In this document: positions 35,300-55,647 of the stretch, piece after piece | How the letters are laid out: each line of letters starts with the position of its first letter | Numbering within the stretch: the first letter of the stretch is position 1 | Assembly (NCBI GenBank): GCA_002189035.1 | Contig: NEEC01000025.1 | Location: 558,001-622,000, forward strand | DNA length: 64,000 bases | Direction of reading: 5' to 3' | Origin: Utricularia gibba | Taxonomy: Eukaryota > Plantae > Magnoliophyta | The notes under the pieces: generated by a model | What the model saw: the letters and a program-made list of their open reading frames with translations, nothing else | Database searches by the model: none | What the model was told of the DNA's origin: nothing | Position numbers and translations under genes: made by a program

Positions 35300-38200
35300 T
35301 CAACCAGTGTTCTGCAGTCCAGCAGCGATACCCTTCATGGTTAAGATGAGGGTGTCCTCTAAACCAGGAGGATACTCGCTGGTCGGGTTCAGCTTCACCA
35401 GTTCATCAGCAGCTTTGGTTGAGCCGTCACCTGTGATGTCTTTCGAGAGATGCCTCCCGATTTTGACGCTGAAACCTGGGTCACGGATCCGCTTCAGAGT
35501 ATATATTTGGGACACGTTGAGGACTGTGATGTAGGGATCTCGCAGCCGGAGCCTCTGTCTCAGATACGGGTCCCCTTCCAGTGGTTCCGTGTGTCCGGCA
35601 ACCTAGCCAATAGCCATAGATAAATTAGTGAGAGTCTTGTTTTATGATGTTTGAACAAGTGGGTGAACGATTGATTACCTGGAGGATCAGCCCCCTTGTT
35701 GTTTCGTAGTTCACCAGAAGCTGCTCTCCGAAATGCTGTAGCTCGTGAGAAACTAAGATCTTGTTGTAGAGAGCAGCAATTCCAAGATCTGCCTTGGCCA
35801 AAACCATCTCGATCAAGTCGATTGTGACCCTGAAGAAAGGCCATTCTTTGTACATGTCTTTGAGCATATGCAGATTCTTTACATCCTTGCCAATGACCGT
35901 TTTTATCGCAGATCCAAATCCCAGCCAGACCGGAAGATGAAATCTTGTCTGCGTCCATGCGAATATCCAGGGGATTGCTCGGAGTGATTCGATTCCTCCA
36001 CTGGGTTTGCGTTTCGATGGGCGGCTGCCGATGTTCATTCTTCCGTACTCCAACTCAGGAGTGGCCTGCCGTGGATGGTATTCAAAATAACGTATGGCAT
36101 ACAAAAGTAGTGGTGGTAATACATGGCGTAGAGGAGTGAGCAGAGGCTTACAAGGCGAAAGTATTCCACAAACCGAGGTTCACGGAAGACCAAGGAACGG
36201 TATTCTTCTGTGGCAACCACAGCCATCTGATCCATGAGTGCACGCCACTCAGGCTTTGGTGCAGTGGGAGGATTCATTCCATGCTCGAGGGTAGCAGCAG
36301 TGTAGCGTTGGAGGGTTCTGAAGCATAGATGCTCCTCTCCAAAGGACTGTTCAATAACTTCTCCTTGCACGGTGACACGGAGTGATCCGTTGATGGTGTC
36401 CCGCGGCTGAGACAATATGGCGAGATGAGTCGGGCCACCCCCTCTTCCAACTGTCCCACCTCGCCCATGGAACATGGTAAGCTTCACACCATATTCTTTT
36501 GCTACCTGAACGAGCTGCTCTTGAGCCTTGTACAGCTGCCATGCTGCGGAGAGCCGCCCAGCATCTTTACCAGAGTCTGAATACCCGATCATGACTTCCT
36601 GCTTCCCGTTGATCCTGTTGCGGTACCAGTCTATGGAAAATAGTCGAGCCACAGCAGCTGGGGCATTCTCAAGATCAGCTAGCTTCTCGAACAAAGGGAC
36701 GACCCTCAATGGGGTTTTCACACGGCACTCTCGTTGCAGAAGCTCCACAGCGAGAACATCAGATGTGGAGGTTGCCATTGAAATGATGTAGGCACCAAAA
36801 GAATCTGAGGGGAGCTCAGCAATAACATGGAATGTGTCCAAAACATCAGCAACTTCCTCTGTCTTTCGCAGATCATCCCCCAGAAGTGGACGCTTTCCGC
36901 TTAGTTCAGCCAAAAGCCACTGCAGACGGCGCTCCTCTGACCACTCCTTGTAAGAACCAATTTCAAGGTGCTTTGTAATGGCATCTAGAACATCCGTGTG
37001 CCTGTCCGACTCCTGCCTGATATCAAGCCGCACCATCGAAAGCCCAAATGTGGAGACTTGCCGAAGAAAATCAAGAAGGCTTCCATCAGCGATACACCTA
37101 TCACCGCAGGCACAGAGTGATCTGTAGCACAGCTCCAGAGGCTCCAGAAACTGAAGGCAAGAAACAAGAGCCATTTTCAGTAAGTTCAATGCTAGATTAC
37201 AAATAATTCAAGCTGAAACGCAAGAGGCTTTGAAGAGTTTGATGACTAGGAGTCACCTCTTCAACATCTGTTAAGGTGGACTCCAGTGGAATATCAGAAG
37301 ATCCAGTTGCTAAAATCTGTCGAGCACGTTCACGGGTGTTGTACAGTTTATCCCTCACATCTCCCAGAATGACACGATAGGGTTCATTCAGTGGAATTTG
37401 CTTCCAAAACTCTGGTTCCCATGGAGCATATCAACAAATATAAATAAACAGCTCCAGCTGAACAAAGAAAGTCAAGATCTCACCAATGTAATGCTTGGAG
37501 TCTTTTTTGGATGACATACGAAGCTGATTAGCACGCTCCAGAAGCTCATCGTTGCAGCGCCACATTGACAGCTGGTAGAGAACACAGTAGTGAGAAATGA
37601 CGAACAGAGAATCCTACTATTCCTCAACAGTAAGCTATGAAATCTCAAGATGAGGAGATTGTTGGAAGTTTCACCTCAAACATGAGATCCTCAATCTGGG
37701 AAAAGTAAAGATTTGCTGCCATCATCCGAGCCAGCAAGCACACATCTCTGGTAACTTCTGGAGTTACTCTTGGATTACCTGCAAGGGAATCAAACTTACT
37801 AATAATGCCTTCAGGAAATAGTCATATGATTTAGAAGGTTCACAATACCATCACGATCGCCACCCATCCAAGAGGAGAACTGAATGAGAGGGGCATTGTA
37901 AGGAACACGCTCATTGATGCCAATGTTCTTCAATGCAGTGTCAAGGCGGCGTAGGAACTTTGGCACTCCCTTCCATATGGTCTCATGGAAGTAGCTCATC
38001 CCAGCTCTCATCTCATCTTGGGAGTGGGGGGTTTCGACGGATTTCATCAGTGCGAAATGCTGCTTGTATCTAAACAATGTTTCCCATCATTAGTCCATGA
38101 ATACAGGGAAGCAGATGAGTCTTCAAATAGAATACCTCTCTTTGTAATGCCTCGTCAAGTTCTTGCTTGTCATCAGGTGTTATATCCTTGGTGTAGAGTT

Positions 38201-39106
38201 GACCCAAGCAATCACGAATTCTGCAGGCAATTCATGTGGAAAGTATAAGCATCTCCGGTAAACATCAGCACATATATGGGGAAACACTGCGGTTTTGTGG
38301 AAAGAACCTTCCATGTTTCTGGAGCAAGGATCTACGAACAGACTGCGTAGGATGTGCAGTCAATACCAAATCAACTGTTTGGTTCTTCAAAGCATCAAAC
38401 ACTTCCTCAGGAGACTTGTTCAGCTGAGTGACGAGCCTCTTCAAGGTCTCCTCAATGTCAGATTCAGTGGTTGCAGAACCCTCATCAGAAAAGTTGCGCT
38501 TTTTGAGCTTGCTTCTTCGCCTGTTTGCAATCTGAACTTCTTCAGCCAGATTTGCCAAATTGAGCATGTTTGTGAATGCTTTGGCAACGACGATGGAGTC
38601 CCCTGCATCAAGACTAGTAAGGACTCTCCCAAGCTCCTCCAACTTCTGGAGATCATGTTTGCCTTCATACTCCGCAGAGATCTCATAGCAGTCTTGAACC
38701 TGGCACAAAATGTAAAAAAAACAGAAAAAGAACTCAGAATCATGGAACAATAAGGCACACTTGCTAGCCGCCACTTCCGATCCTCCTCACTCAGCCTTAC
38801 AAAAAAAAAAATATCTTATCTGGAATCAAAGACAAGAACTTGACTGCGACACTTCCACAAACATGTATATGATCTTGACCAGAAGGAGACATAGACGGCA
38901 AGTTCACAAAACAATCGAATATCACTATTTTGAACCTTATCGCGAATCTCCTCTCCATGCAGGTCATGAAGAATATCTAGAAACCGATCCAAAAGCAGAG
39001 CATCATACTCCACCAACTTATCATCCTCAGACACTTTCCCCGGCGCCAGAAGCCTCAATTGGGCGTCAATTGACGCCATTTTCTCAAGTTTTCGGCTCGT
39101 CTCCAT
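35300..39106 (-). CDS. PPC: Phosphoenolpyruvate carboxylase, plant type, C3/housekeeping signature; apparent 2-nt loss at 38020-38031
   Basis: [11 protein letters not shown] phosphorylation site, [50 protein letters not shown]-terminal QNTG*. Confidence 0.97.
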
Positions 39107-40646
39107 ACTCGCCTCTTGCTAGTGAATGGGAAAAGCACAAGTTTGTAGTTTGACGATCGCCCACCCTTTTCTTCCCCAACAGAAAGCAGAGAAGAAGAAG
39201 AGCGCTAAAGGAAAAAGGAGCACACTGTCGCCGCTATTCGCGATAACCGAATTGCCGATGCGAGTAGAGTGTCCCCCACAAAGGGTTTTATAGAGGCAGG
39301 CAGGGACTAGACCAATATAGCTTTAAACGGAACACCACAAAACAAGAAAGAAGAATATCCCACTTCAACTCAACAAGTCTCCGACGGCACACTCACAAGA
39401 TCCAATCCAATTCAAGATTAGTCGACGTGGGGATTTTCAAACACAATCAAAGAAGGTCACCCGTCACAATTGAAAGCGTGCACCTTCCGATTTTCTCGCA
39501 AGGATGAGTTGGGTCTATTATCCGTTGGATTTGAGATAAAGCGGCGTGCGCTTCAGGGGGCAAGTGGTCGAAGATGCTCCACGTTCATGGGGTTATGAGC
39601 ATAAATAAATTTGAGAATTCCATTGCCTCAGCAGTCGGCAGCCCCACCTACTTACATCAGACATCACAAGCTCCAGTTGAGTGTGCACGCCGTACCCTCA
39701 AGTCAACCCCGTAAATTATGTATGGGTTTACATTTTTGGCTCTTCTTTAACGGAGGAGAATGGAACACGAAAGGACGCTCACACAAAAGACTCGGATTTT
39801 CCGATCTTAGATGCAAAGACTCCAGAATGGCTGCTTCCTGTTACCCGAGGGGAGGAACCAAGAAATACCCATAATCAAACAAACGCACCCGGATTACTCT
39901 GATCCATCACCAATGAAACCAGACACAGAAAAATGAATTCAGAGTAGGGATGGCAAGTCCCAACCACTCCAATAACAACTCACTCCGCCCAATAATTACA
40001 ATAGCGAGAAAGCAGTGAACGAAATTACTGCCCCAATTTCAAAACCCAACCAATATAAACACCTGTCGGAAAACGAAGGAACTGGTGAATATGGGTGCCA
40101 TTTAAGATTCCCGACACTATTCAAACACAAAATTTATATTGATATTGATCACTGTTTTTTCACGATGTTCACTTTTGTAAATGCATGGTGAACATGGCGT
40201 CTCAATCCTCACACTCACCGAGCGACACCAACTCTCAACGCAATATGTTGATTTTTTAAAAAACTGCATAAATCAAAATTTAAAATTTTTTTTTTTAAAA
40301 TGGATGAGGGATAATTTTACGTGGATAATCACTGAAAAAGGAAAGGGCCCGATCCTTTTTTTATTATTTTTTTTGTACAAGTAGAATACGTTTGGCGGAG
40401 AGGATAATATTGTCGACGTGGCAACGCAAAGCACTGCGTCTATCCTGTGATTTGCATTTGTGCAGTCCGCATAATTGGTGACTAATTGCCGACTCCGTGG
40501 CAACGGAAATATGGTCGCGTGCGGGGGAGGAGTATCTGACGAGGCATATGCTCCGATATCGCCACGTGTACGACGGGGATGAGAGCTACCAAAGGCACTT
40601 GGAGATAAGTAAGTCATCACTGAACTTCGCCTAAACAGCTTCCTTA

Positions 40647-42763
40647 ATGGCGGTAGCCACCGACTCTACTTCCATTGACGACCTACCGGAAGCCGTCCTC
40701 TCCACCGTAATCGCCGCCGTGTCCGATGTCCGCAGCCGTAACTCCGCCGCCCTTATTTGCAGGAAATGGTGCAGAGTGGAACGCGCCACTCGCTCCTCCC
40801 TCACGCTACGGGGAAATCTCCGGGACATCTTCATGCTGCCCTCCTGTTTTCACTCCATTTCCCACCTCGACCTCTCGCTTATTTCCCCCTGGGGATACCC
40901 GCTGACATCTGCTTGCGATCCGCGGTTCATTGTTGCCATCCTACGCCGGGCCTTCCCTTCGATTACCTCCCTGACTTTCTACGCTCGGAACCCTGATACT
41001 ATCACACTCGTAGCTCCTCTCTGGCCGAATCTCAAACACGCCAAGCTTGTGAGATGGCACCAGCGGCCCCAGATCGCTGCCGCCGGTGATGAGCTGAAGA
41101 TACTCTTTTCCTTGTGCGAGCAATTGACTTCCCTTGACCTTTCATTGTTTTATTGCTGGACAGATGATGTTCTCCCTACGCTTGAATCCTACCCTTCTGT
41201 TGCTGGGAATCTAACCCGCCTCAATCTCTTGAATCCATCCTTCTCAGATGGGTTCAAATCGCACGAGATTATGGGCATCACCGCTGCTTGCCCCAATTTA
41301 CAGGATTTTAGGGCTGCCTGCCTTTTTGATCCAAGGTACATTGGGTTCATCGATGATCAAGCCTTGGTTGCCATATCGACCAACTGCCCCAAGCTGGCTG
41401 TTCTTCACTTGGCCGACACGTCTGCTCTGTCGAGCGCGAGGGCCAATTTGGAGGACCAAGTGCAAATACCTGATAACTCCCGAATCAACGCGACCACGTT
41501 GATTGAGATGTTTTCTGGACTTCCGCTGCTCGAAGAGCTGGTTTTCGATATCTGTAACATTATAAGAGACAGTGGCCCGGCTTTGGAGGCTCTCAATTCC
41601 AAGTGCCCAAATTGAAATCCTTGAAGTTGGGGCAGTTTCATGGGATTTCATTGCCTGTTGAGTCGAAGCTCGACGGCATAGCCTTGTGCCAAGGACTCGA
41701 CGCTCTGTCGATCAGGAACGTGGGTGATCTGTCTGACATGGGATTGATTGCAATCGGTAGAGGATGTTGTGCAGTGGCTAGGATTGAGGTTCATGGTTGT
41801 GAAAACATAACCATCAAGGGTATGAGGACCTTGGCGTGTTTGCTCCACAAGACGTTGAAAGAAGTGAAGATCTCTAGCTGCAAAAACCTTAGTGGATCAG
41901 CAACATTGAGGGCATTACAGCCAATACAGGATCGAATTCAGAAGCTGCATTTTGATTGCATCTGGGATTCGATTGAAGACGTTGATAACACGAATGAAGT
42001 TGAAGATTTTGATCAGTATCCAGGTGATGAAATGTGGTGCAGGTCTCTTAAGCAGACTGAAGAGCACCACAGAAGCAACTCGATCTCTGGTCCTACTGGG
42101 AAGAAGCGAAGACTTTCTTATCATTTGTCTGTGAATGTCGAGTGTGGATCTAGTCTGAGCACATGGGATAGATTACAGAGCCTTTCACTCTGGATACCCG
42201 TGGGACAACTTCTTACTCCTTTAGCATCTGCAGGGATCGAAAAAGCTCCAAACTTGGAGGAGATTACTATCAAAGTTGAAGGTGATTGTAGGGAATTGTC
42301 TAAGCCGGTGGAACGTGAGTTTGGTTTGAGCAGTCTCTTGAATTACCCCAAGTTGTCCAGAATGAACTTTGACTGTGGTGACACAATAGGTTATGCACAC
42401 ACAGCTCCTTCTGGCCAAATGGATTTGAGTTTATGGGAACGGTTTCACTTGATCGGCATAGGGCATTTGAATCTCAGGGAGCTGGATTACTGGCCGCCGC
42501 AGGATCGCGATGTAAACCAGCGGAGTCTGTCACTTCCAGCAGCAGGGCTTCTCCAAGAATGTATAGGGCTGAGGAAACTCTTCATTCATGGAACAACACA
42601 TGAGCATTTCATGATGTTTCTGCTGCGGATTCCCAACTTGAGAGATGTCCAGTTGAGAGAAGACTACTACCCGGCGCCGGAGAATGATATGAGCACTGAA
42701 ATGAGAGCTGATTCCTGCAGCCGATTCGAAGCTGCACTTAACGAACGACAGATTCCTGACTGA
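40647..42763 (+). CDS. MAX2: F-box/LRR protein MAX2/D3 (strigolactone/karrikin signalling), single exon; apparent 1-nt loss at ~41606-41611
   Basis: F-box DDLPEAVLSTVI; SHLDLSLISPWG; LVRWHQR; ACLFDPRY; GYAHTAPSGQMDLSLWERF; LDYWPPQDRDVNQRSLSLP; REDYYPAPENDMSTEMRADSCSRFE. Two ORFs overlap at 41603-41615. Confidence 0.95.
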
Positions 42764-44145
42764 CCAGAAGGATGACTCTTTTTATTCATCCATCCTCTCT
42801 TCCAAATCAGCAACAAATGCTGCAAATATAAAAGGGCTACATCTTCTGCTGTCTTTGGTCAATTAACACGTTGCCATTGCTGATCCGACTTCGTTTATCT
42901 GTGTCATGGAGAGCAACACAAACATGAGTGAAGAAGCATGATGAATATTTGTTCGCAAAATGGAACCCCACCACTGCATAACCTTCATAGGCTTGTCTCT
43001 TGACTCACTCGGGGAACCTCAGTGCTATGCCATACCCCCTAAAGATGCATTTTTTTATCACGAGTTCCCCTATTGCAGTGGGCAACACGTAGATGGAGGT
43101 ATGGAGAGTAGCTGTCACCTTCAGCATCAAGAATATCAAGAAAATAGTCAATGGTTTCACACCTTTCCTTTCCGACAAAAACGATGTAGGACGAGTGACC
43201 CATGTGTGATGTAGCGGTGAGTGGGTGCGCACTGGTAACTTTTGGGTTGTTGCCGGAGCTATATCACGTGTTCACGGAAATGGATTCTTTAAAGGGGAGT
43301 CAAGTATCGATTCATTCTGGGAATCCATCGATAAAACAGCTCCAAATTTGCTACTCCAAGTTAAGCATAAAGAAATCATTTTTCTTCTTTCTTCTGTGTC
43401 TTGGCTATCCTTGCGACTTCAACATTTTCTTCTAACAAAAGATCAGCATCTGGGTGTGTGCGCAGGCAGTATCACTCGCACCTGCTTCAAACTTCTGGGA
43501 TAGTAAATGTGGGGAGACATGAGCAATTATTGTGATCGCCAGAATCAAGAATTAAAATCTCAGCAAATGGCATAGTCCTGGTGATTCTTCCTTCGAATGG
43601 GAAGACCGGTGAGCGCCTTTTCAAGATTGAAAGCTTCGCCACTGCGATGATCGCTTATTTCTGCGCTCTCCAAGTTGCTTCATGGCAGTTTTTGCAGGTG
43701 TGAATGTTTTCAATCTCCATTAAGCAATCTTCATGATTCTTGTGGCAAGCAGGTAATATCATCGTGAAACCGTGTCGCCACTCTGGAGGTATCCTGTACT
43801 GATAATCCTTTGTCGTACTCCCTCATTTCTCTGGGACTCCAGTTGTTTCATGGATCTTTTTGCAGGTGTGGAGTAAAAAGCAGGACTACTCACAGATATT
43901 TTTTCCGGTTGTGGATTCCTTTTGCTCTAGTTGCATTGCAGCAAAGTTGGTTTAACTCATCACAAAGCCGCGAAAAGGTTCATTCACTGGCTTACTTTCT
44001 GGGTTGGTGGCAAAAGCCTGTTTCTTTTTTTTTTTTTTTTTCCATTTCTTCAGTGAATTTCGAGCTTACCAGAGAATAAGTAGTTGGTTTATGTCTGCAG
44101 TCATCATCAGAAAATCTTGAAGGGTCATAATTTGTACTGCATCTG

Positions 44146-45771
44146 ATGCTGGTGAAGGATCTAATGGATGACAAGAAACTTGATTTGAACAAACCCCTGT
44201 TATCAATTAGGAGACAACATCCTCCAACTTCAAGAGCTTCTTCAGAAAGATATGGTGATAGTAGAATCAACAGTTCTGGATTTTCCATCCCTCGACTTCC
44301 GCCATACAACTCGGAGCTGAAATCTGGACCTATTAGAGATCCTGGAACTGTTCCTTTTCTATGGGAAAGGACTCCGGGACGGCCAAAGGAGGATGGCGAA
44401 CCCCAAGTTCAAAATCAAGTTGCTCCTAAGCTTCCTCCAGGCAGAAGCTCGATGGCTAGTCGAATAGATTCTCACCATGCTGAAGCTGGAAAATCCGTTT
44501 TTGGGTCCATGAGATCATTTGTTAATGAAGAGATGAAAGACTTTGTGAGGAACATAGCGGTGACCGGAGAAAGAAAGAGTTCCAGCTCGGGGGATTGTGA
44601 TCAGGAATTTGTAGACGCGCGAGATACTCTATCCAATTCAGGATCTTCTTATTTGAACTGTAGTAGTATGAGTCATTTCGCTGGCCTGGATGATCTTGAC
44701 GATGATGCAGCCCGAGGAAACTATCCCAGTGATCCACAAACTCAGGCGTTGATGATGGAGAGGTTTCTTCCAGCTGCAAAGGCATTGGCTTCTGAGAAAC
44801 CAAAGTTTTCACCGAGAAAACTATCATCACCTAGAGAACCATCACAGAGAACGAAGCAAACACCTCTTAAGCCTACACTCAGATACGGACCTAGTTTCAC
44901 AAAGCGATACTCCATTTTGGGCAAGGATGCAGATGGAGACCAAGAGGAGGTTCAAACATATTATCATGATCATGGTAGTTTGTCACAAGGGTGCGGTATA
45001 CTCCCCAGGCTTCTGAAAGGGTCAGTTTTCCTAAACCCTGTTCCTGGTTCGAGTACGAGAATGAGAGGACCTTTTTCTCCGGCTACTCGAACAAGGCCTA
45101 AACCGCAGGTGTCTGGTCCTCTGACTAAGCGAGTTCGTGAAGATAAAAAATATCCAAGTGATTCCCAAAACATAGAAACTGCAGGGTCTAAAATCTTTCA
45201 AGATAAAGTCATTGATAAGCGGTCAGATTCAGGGAGTCACGTGGACGAAAGAATTGTTTATGTTGATACTGTGCAAAATTTGGGGACTCCGAGTTCTTTC
45301 TCCTCAGGTTCACAGGACAGTTGTGTTGTTTCAAGAGATGGAGATAAAGAGATCGCCGTGAAGACGATGAATCAGTTGCATATACTAGAAGACATCAAGA
45401 CAATCACTTGTAAAGATGTGGAAACGCTGCCTATTGATGCATATAATGATCCCGATAAGCTGCTATCAAGACTAATTACCGTCGAAAAGGCCCAAGCGAA
45501 GCACATAGAGCATCCGCCGGAGCCATCAGCATCAGATCCGAATGATTCAGAAAATCCACCACCGAGACCAACAACTGTCAAGAAACAGCAAGAGAAATAT
45601 TCGCCGCTTCCCGTTGCTCCGCCGCTACCCAAATCTCCAGCAGATTCTTGGCTATCCCGCACTTTACCCTCAGTATCCAAGAATGCATCTGCACCGTCAT
45701 TTCCTGCCTATGCAACCAACCGGAAAAAGAAAGGCTTCAAGGTGCAGCCACGCAATCAGGGATTCGAGTAG
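44146..45771 (+). CDS. DUF688-family plant protein of unknown function (541 aa)
   Basis: KKLDLNKPLLSIRR, ELKSGPIRDPGTVPFLWERTPGRPK, MMERFLPAAKALASE, CGILP, PPLPKSPADSWLSRTLP motifs typical of DUF688. Confidence 0.82.
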   Translation: MLVKDLMDDKKLDLNKPLLSIRRQHPPTSRASSERYGDSRINSSGFSIPRLPPYNSELKSGPIRDPGTVPFLWERTPGRPKEDGEPQVQNQVAPKLPPGRSSMASRIDSHHAEAGKSVFGSMRSFVNEEMKDFVRNIAVTGERKSSSSGDCDQEFVDARDTLSNSGSSYLNCSSMSHFAGLDDLDDDAARGNYPSDPQTQALMMERFLPAAKALASEKPKFSPRKLSSPREPSQRTKQTPLKPTLRYGPSFTKRYSILGKDADGDQEEVQTYYHDHGSLSQGCGILPRLLKGSVFLNPVPGSSTRMRGPFSPATRTRPKPQVSGPLTKRVREDKKYPSDSQNIETAGSKIFQDKVIDKRSDSGSHVDERIVYVDTVQNLGTPSSFSSGSQDSCVVSRDGDKEIAVKTMNQLHILEDIKTITCKDVETLPIDAYNDPDKLLSRLITVEKAQAKHIEHPPEPSASDPNDSENPPPRPTTVKKQQEKYSPLPVAPPLPKSPADSWLSRTLPSVSKNASAPSFPAYATNRKKKGFKVQPRNQGFE

Positions 45772-46478
45772 AGCGTACGTTTCTGGATCACGGATTTGCG
45801 GTTTTGCCTCCAGGGTCTTCATTCTTCGTACACGTGTCGAGTTCTCATTGACTGACGAGCAAAGAAGGTTTATTATTGGGCTTGTATAAGGTCCATTCTG
45901 AAAGCCCGGTCGATACACAGCATTCGTATTACCGTACACCTAATAATAATAATAATATATGCTTAATTTTGAATAATAAAGATTTTTGAAAAAGTCAAGG
46001 CGCGTCATGCGCGGCAGGAAGGAGCGGCGTGGACCAAACAGACGCCGTGAGTCAATGCGACGGCGAATTGCAGCTGCATGTTGACTTTTGCCACGTAGAT
46101 AACGAAGGGTTGACCCATGCTACCGAGAATATTTCAAATGTTTGAAAACCATGCAAAGGGAACAGAGCGACTGGCGAGGAAAAGGAAAAAAACAAGGCAG
46201 GAAGGTCATCTTTTCATTCTTAAAGCCGAATCGTAGTATTTTAGTGTAAAAGCATTAAACTAAGTTGATGGAAAACAGCGATGCCGCCGGTCCATCGTCA
46301 AAAGCAGGTCACTTTCGACGTGAACAGTCAAATATAACGATGCGAAGGTGCATCCATTTCTACGGGAGCTCAATGTGGAAACACAGAACAAGGGAGTATC
46401 TTTTTGCCTATAAAGGCACTGCAAACCCATGCTATCAGAACCACACAACTCAAACGAAGAAGCTAAGATCTAAAGCCC

Positions 46479-47623
<1,145 letters not shown>

Positions 47624-48180
47624 TTGTTCGCTTTTCCAGTTATCCGGATATTTATTTTGTGATTCAATGCTTCAATAAAATATACCTTTTTATTGTTCAT
47701 TTGCATGCACATAAATGGATGGAGTCTTCTTCAAACTTTCCCTAAATAGACATTGTTATTATTATCAAAGAATTGAATGCTCTTGATAATATTCCATATA
47801 AATTCATTTTGTAAATAAATTCCATATTATAGCAGGTGTAGAGAGTGGGCCATGGGGTAAGCAACAATGGGCTGGGGTCATGGGCTTAGGGCAGCCCACT
47901 TCCATAATTACACATTGAAAGCATCTGTAATTAATAATAATATGTAGATGTTGAGTGTTCAATTATTTTAACACCCGGAGAACAAATCTTGTGTCATTAA
48001 TAATATAAAAATAAAAGAAAAGAAAAAGGAGAGCAGCGTAGTCACATGACCTCAACAGCAGCATAATGTAATGTAATGCGGATTGCGGCATCCCCAGTCT
48101 TTCGTCGTCATCAACGTATGACCCACAAACTCCGCCCCCAACCGCCGCCACCGTGAAGTTTGTTTCGCCGTTCAGGGGGC

Positions 48181-51098
<2,918 letters not shown>

Positions 51099-51546
51099 TT
51101 CCAATGTGCATTGAGTTTAGTGTTCCACTTGCAGTAAAGGAAGCTTACTAGAGGGAGCCTTCGGTGAGCTGTTTATCATTGTGTAAGCATGTATCTTGTT
51201 CTCAGGTTGGTTGAGTAGGTTTTGGCATTTAATCATCTAATGGAAAGAAGCTTCCTTGCCTGTGTATATGTGTTTGTTTTTGTTGCTTCCACTCCTGTTG
51301 ACGTACGGTGAATCCCTTTATAAAACTGTTGTATTCGTCCCTGAATCCTTTGTTTTTCCAAATATCAGTAAAAAGGGATAAGGTTCTCAGAGGGGGGAAA
51401 AAGTGCATCGTTGACAACCCTTGAACTGGGTGCATACAATCTCCAATTGCATCATCATGATACAACAAGATTATTATTGGCCGTAAGGGAACCGAACAAT
51501 GCTCAAAGATGATCAGTAAACCTGAATCGATTCAGCAATGAGGTGC

Positions 51547-54329
<2,783 letters not shown>

Positions 54330-55647
54330 TTACAGAGACCTTGGTGCGACTGATGATACCGGTGAAAGAAAACCAAGGAAAACAGTCGCTATTAGTAGCA
54401 GTAGCAGTAGCAGCAGCAACAGATTCGCCCTGTATCGGACTTCCCGCATTTTATACCTCTGAAGAAATATGCTAAAAAAAACTGCCTAAAAACGGAGTGT
54501 TTTTTTTAAATGAAATAATTTGTAGAGTCATTGTCAACGTAATTTATCTAAAAGTAATATAATTAATTATACAGTTAAGGTGGGCCTTTGTATGAAGGTA
54601 GAATCTTCTTGTGGCCCAGTTTCACTGTACCCAAGTAGGCCCAAATAAAAGATTTTGTAATGAAAGAAAAGATATTTTGGTAATTACTAATTAGGGCAAG
54701 CTCTAGTTGAGGATAGGTATGTATAATCAGGCGCGTTTTTGTGGAAAGTTTGCTGTCTCCTTTTATTTTCCAGGTCGGCTGACAAGTGGCACCCTCAGAC
54801 TCGGTCAAATTCAAGAATCCAGCCAGTCAAGTCGGTGACTACTCTCGCTCCGACCGACCGGAAGGCGTTGGGGTGTGAGATGAGAATGGTCTTGGGCCCC
54901 CGCGTCATGGCCGCCTACTAACGGGGCCCACATCCGGCGAAAAGAAGCCCCGGATGATGGCAGACGTCACGTGCGCCACGGATGCCTTGCCAGCCGGTCC
55001 TCCTCTTCCTCCTCCTCCTCCGCTTCTAAAGTCGGCTGGCCGGGATGAGAAAAGAACCTTATCCTCTTCCTTTTGAGGAGATCTTCCTAATCCTCACCCA
55101 CTCGCCAGCTTCACCCATACACATTCAATGCAGTGCGATGGAACGCCTTTTTTTGTTTTAAGTAAATAAAAATGTGGGAATGCGAATCCCATTGATAATT
55201 CGTTCACAAGCTTTGAATTTCAAGACTTGTGTTCCTTTCAAACCCTAGCTAGTATCCTCATTCACAATCCTTGCCTCATGTTTTGACCCTTCTGTTTCTT
55301 TTTCTTTTGTTTTCCGTAGACGCTACAGCACAGTTGCTGTTCAATCCAATCGCAAAGGTTAGGCGCAAGCCGCAGTGTTTGATTCAGTATTTTGTACGCG
55401 TGCCTAGGAATTCATGATCATTAATGGCGTCTTTCGGTCTAGATGAGCTTACTTTCTATTCTGTAATCGATCATTTCGCGTTCTCGTTCCAGATTTCCTA
55501 TGGTAAATTGTTCTTCTTGAATGTAGGTGATTTGGAAGCAGCGACTTGAACGAGAGCTGGAAATATACCGCTCGTGGTATTTTTTTTCTGAAAAAAGTCT
55601 TTCTCCCGTAATTGTTTGAGGAGTAGTGTAGCCTGGATTCTGCCAAG

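Noticed and set aside
45740-45890. Possible extra 3' exon or frameshift at the DUF688 C-terminus
   Set aside because: The candidate intron would be only ~35 nt and the alternative frames give no recognisable family motif.
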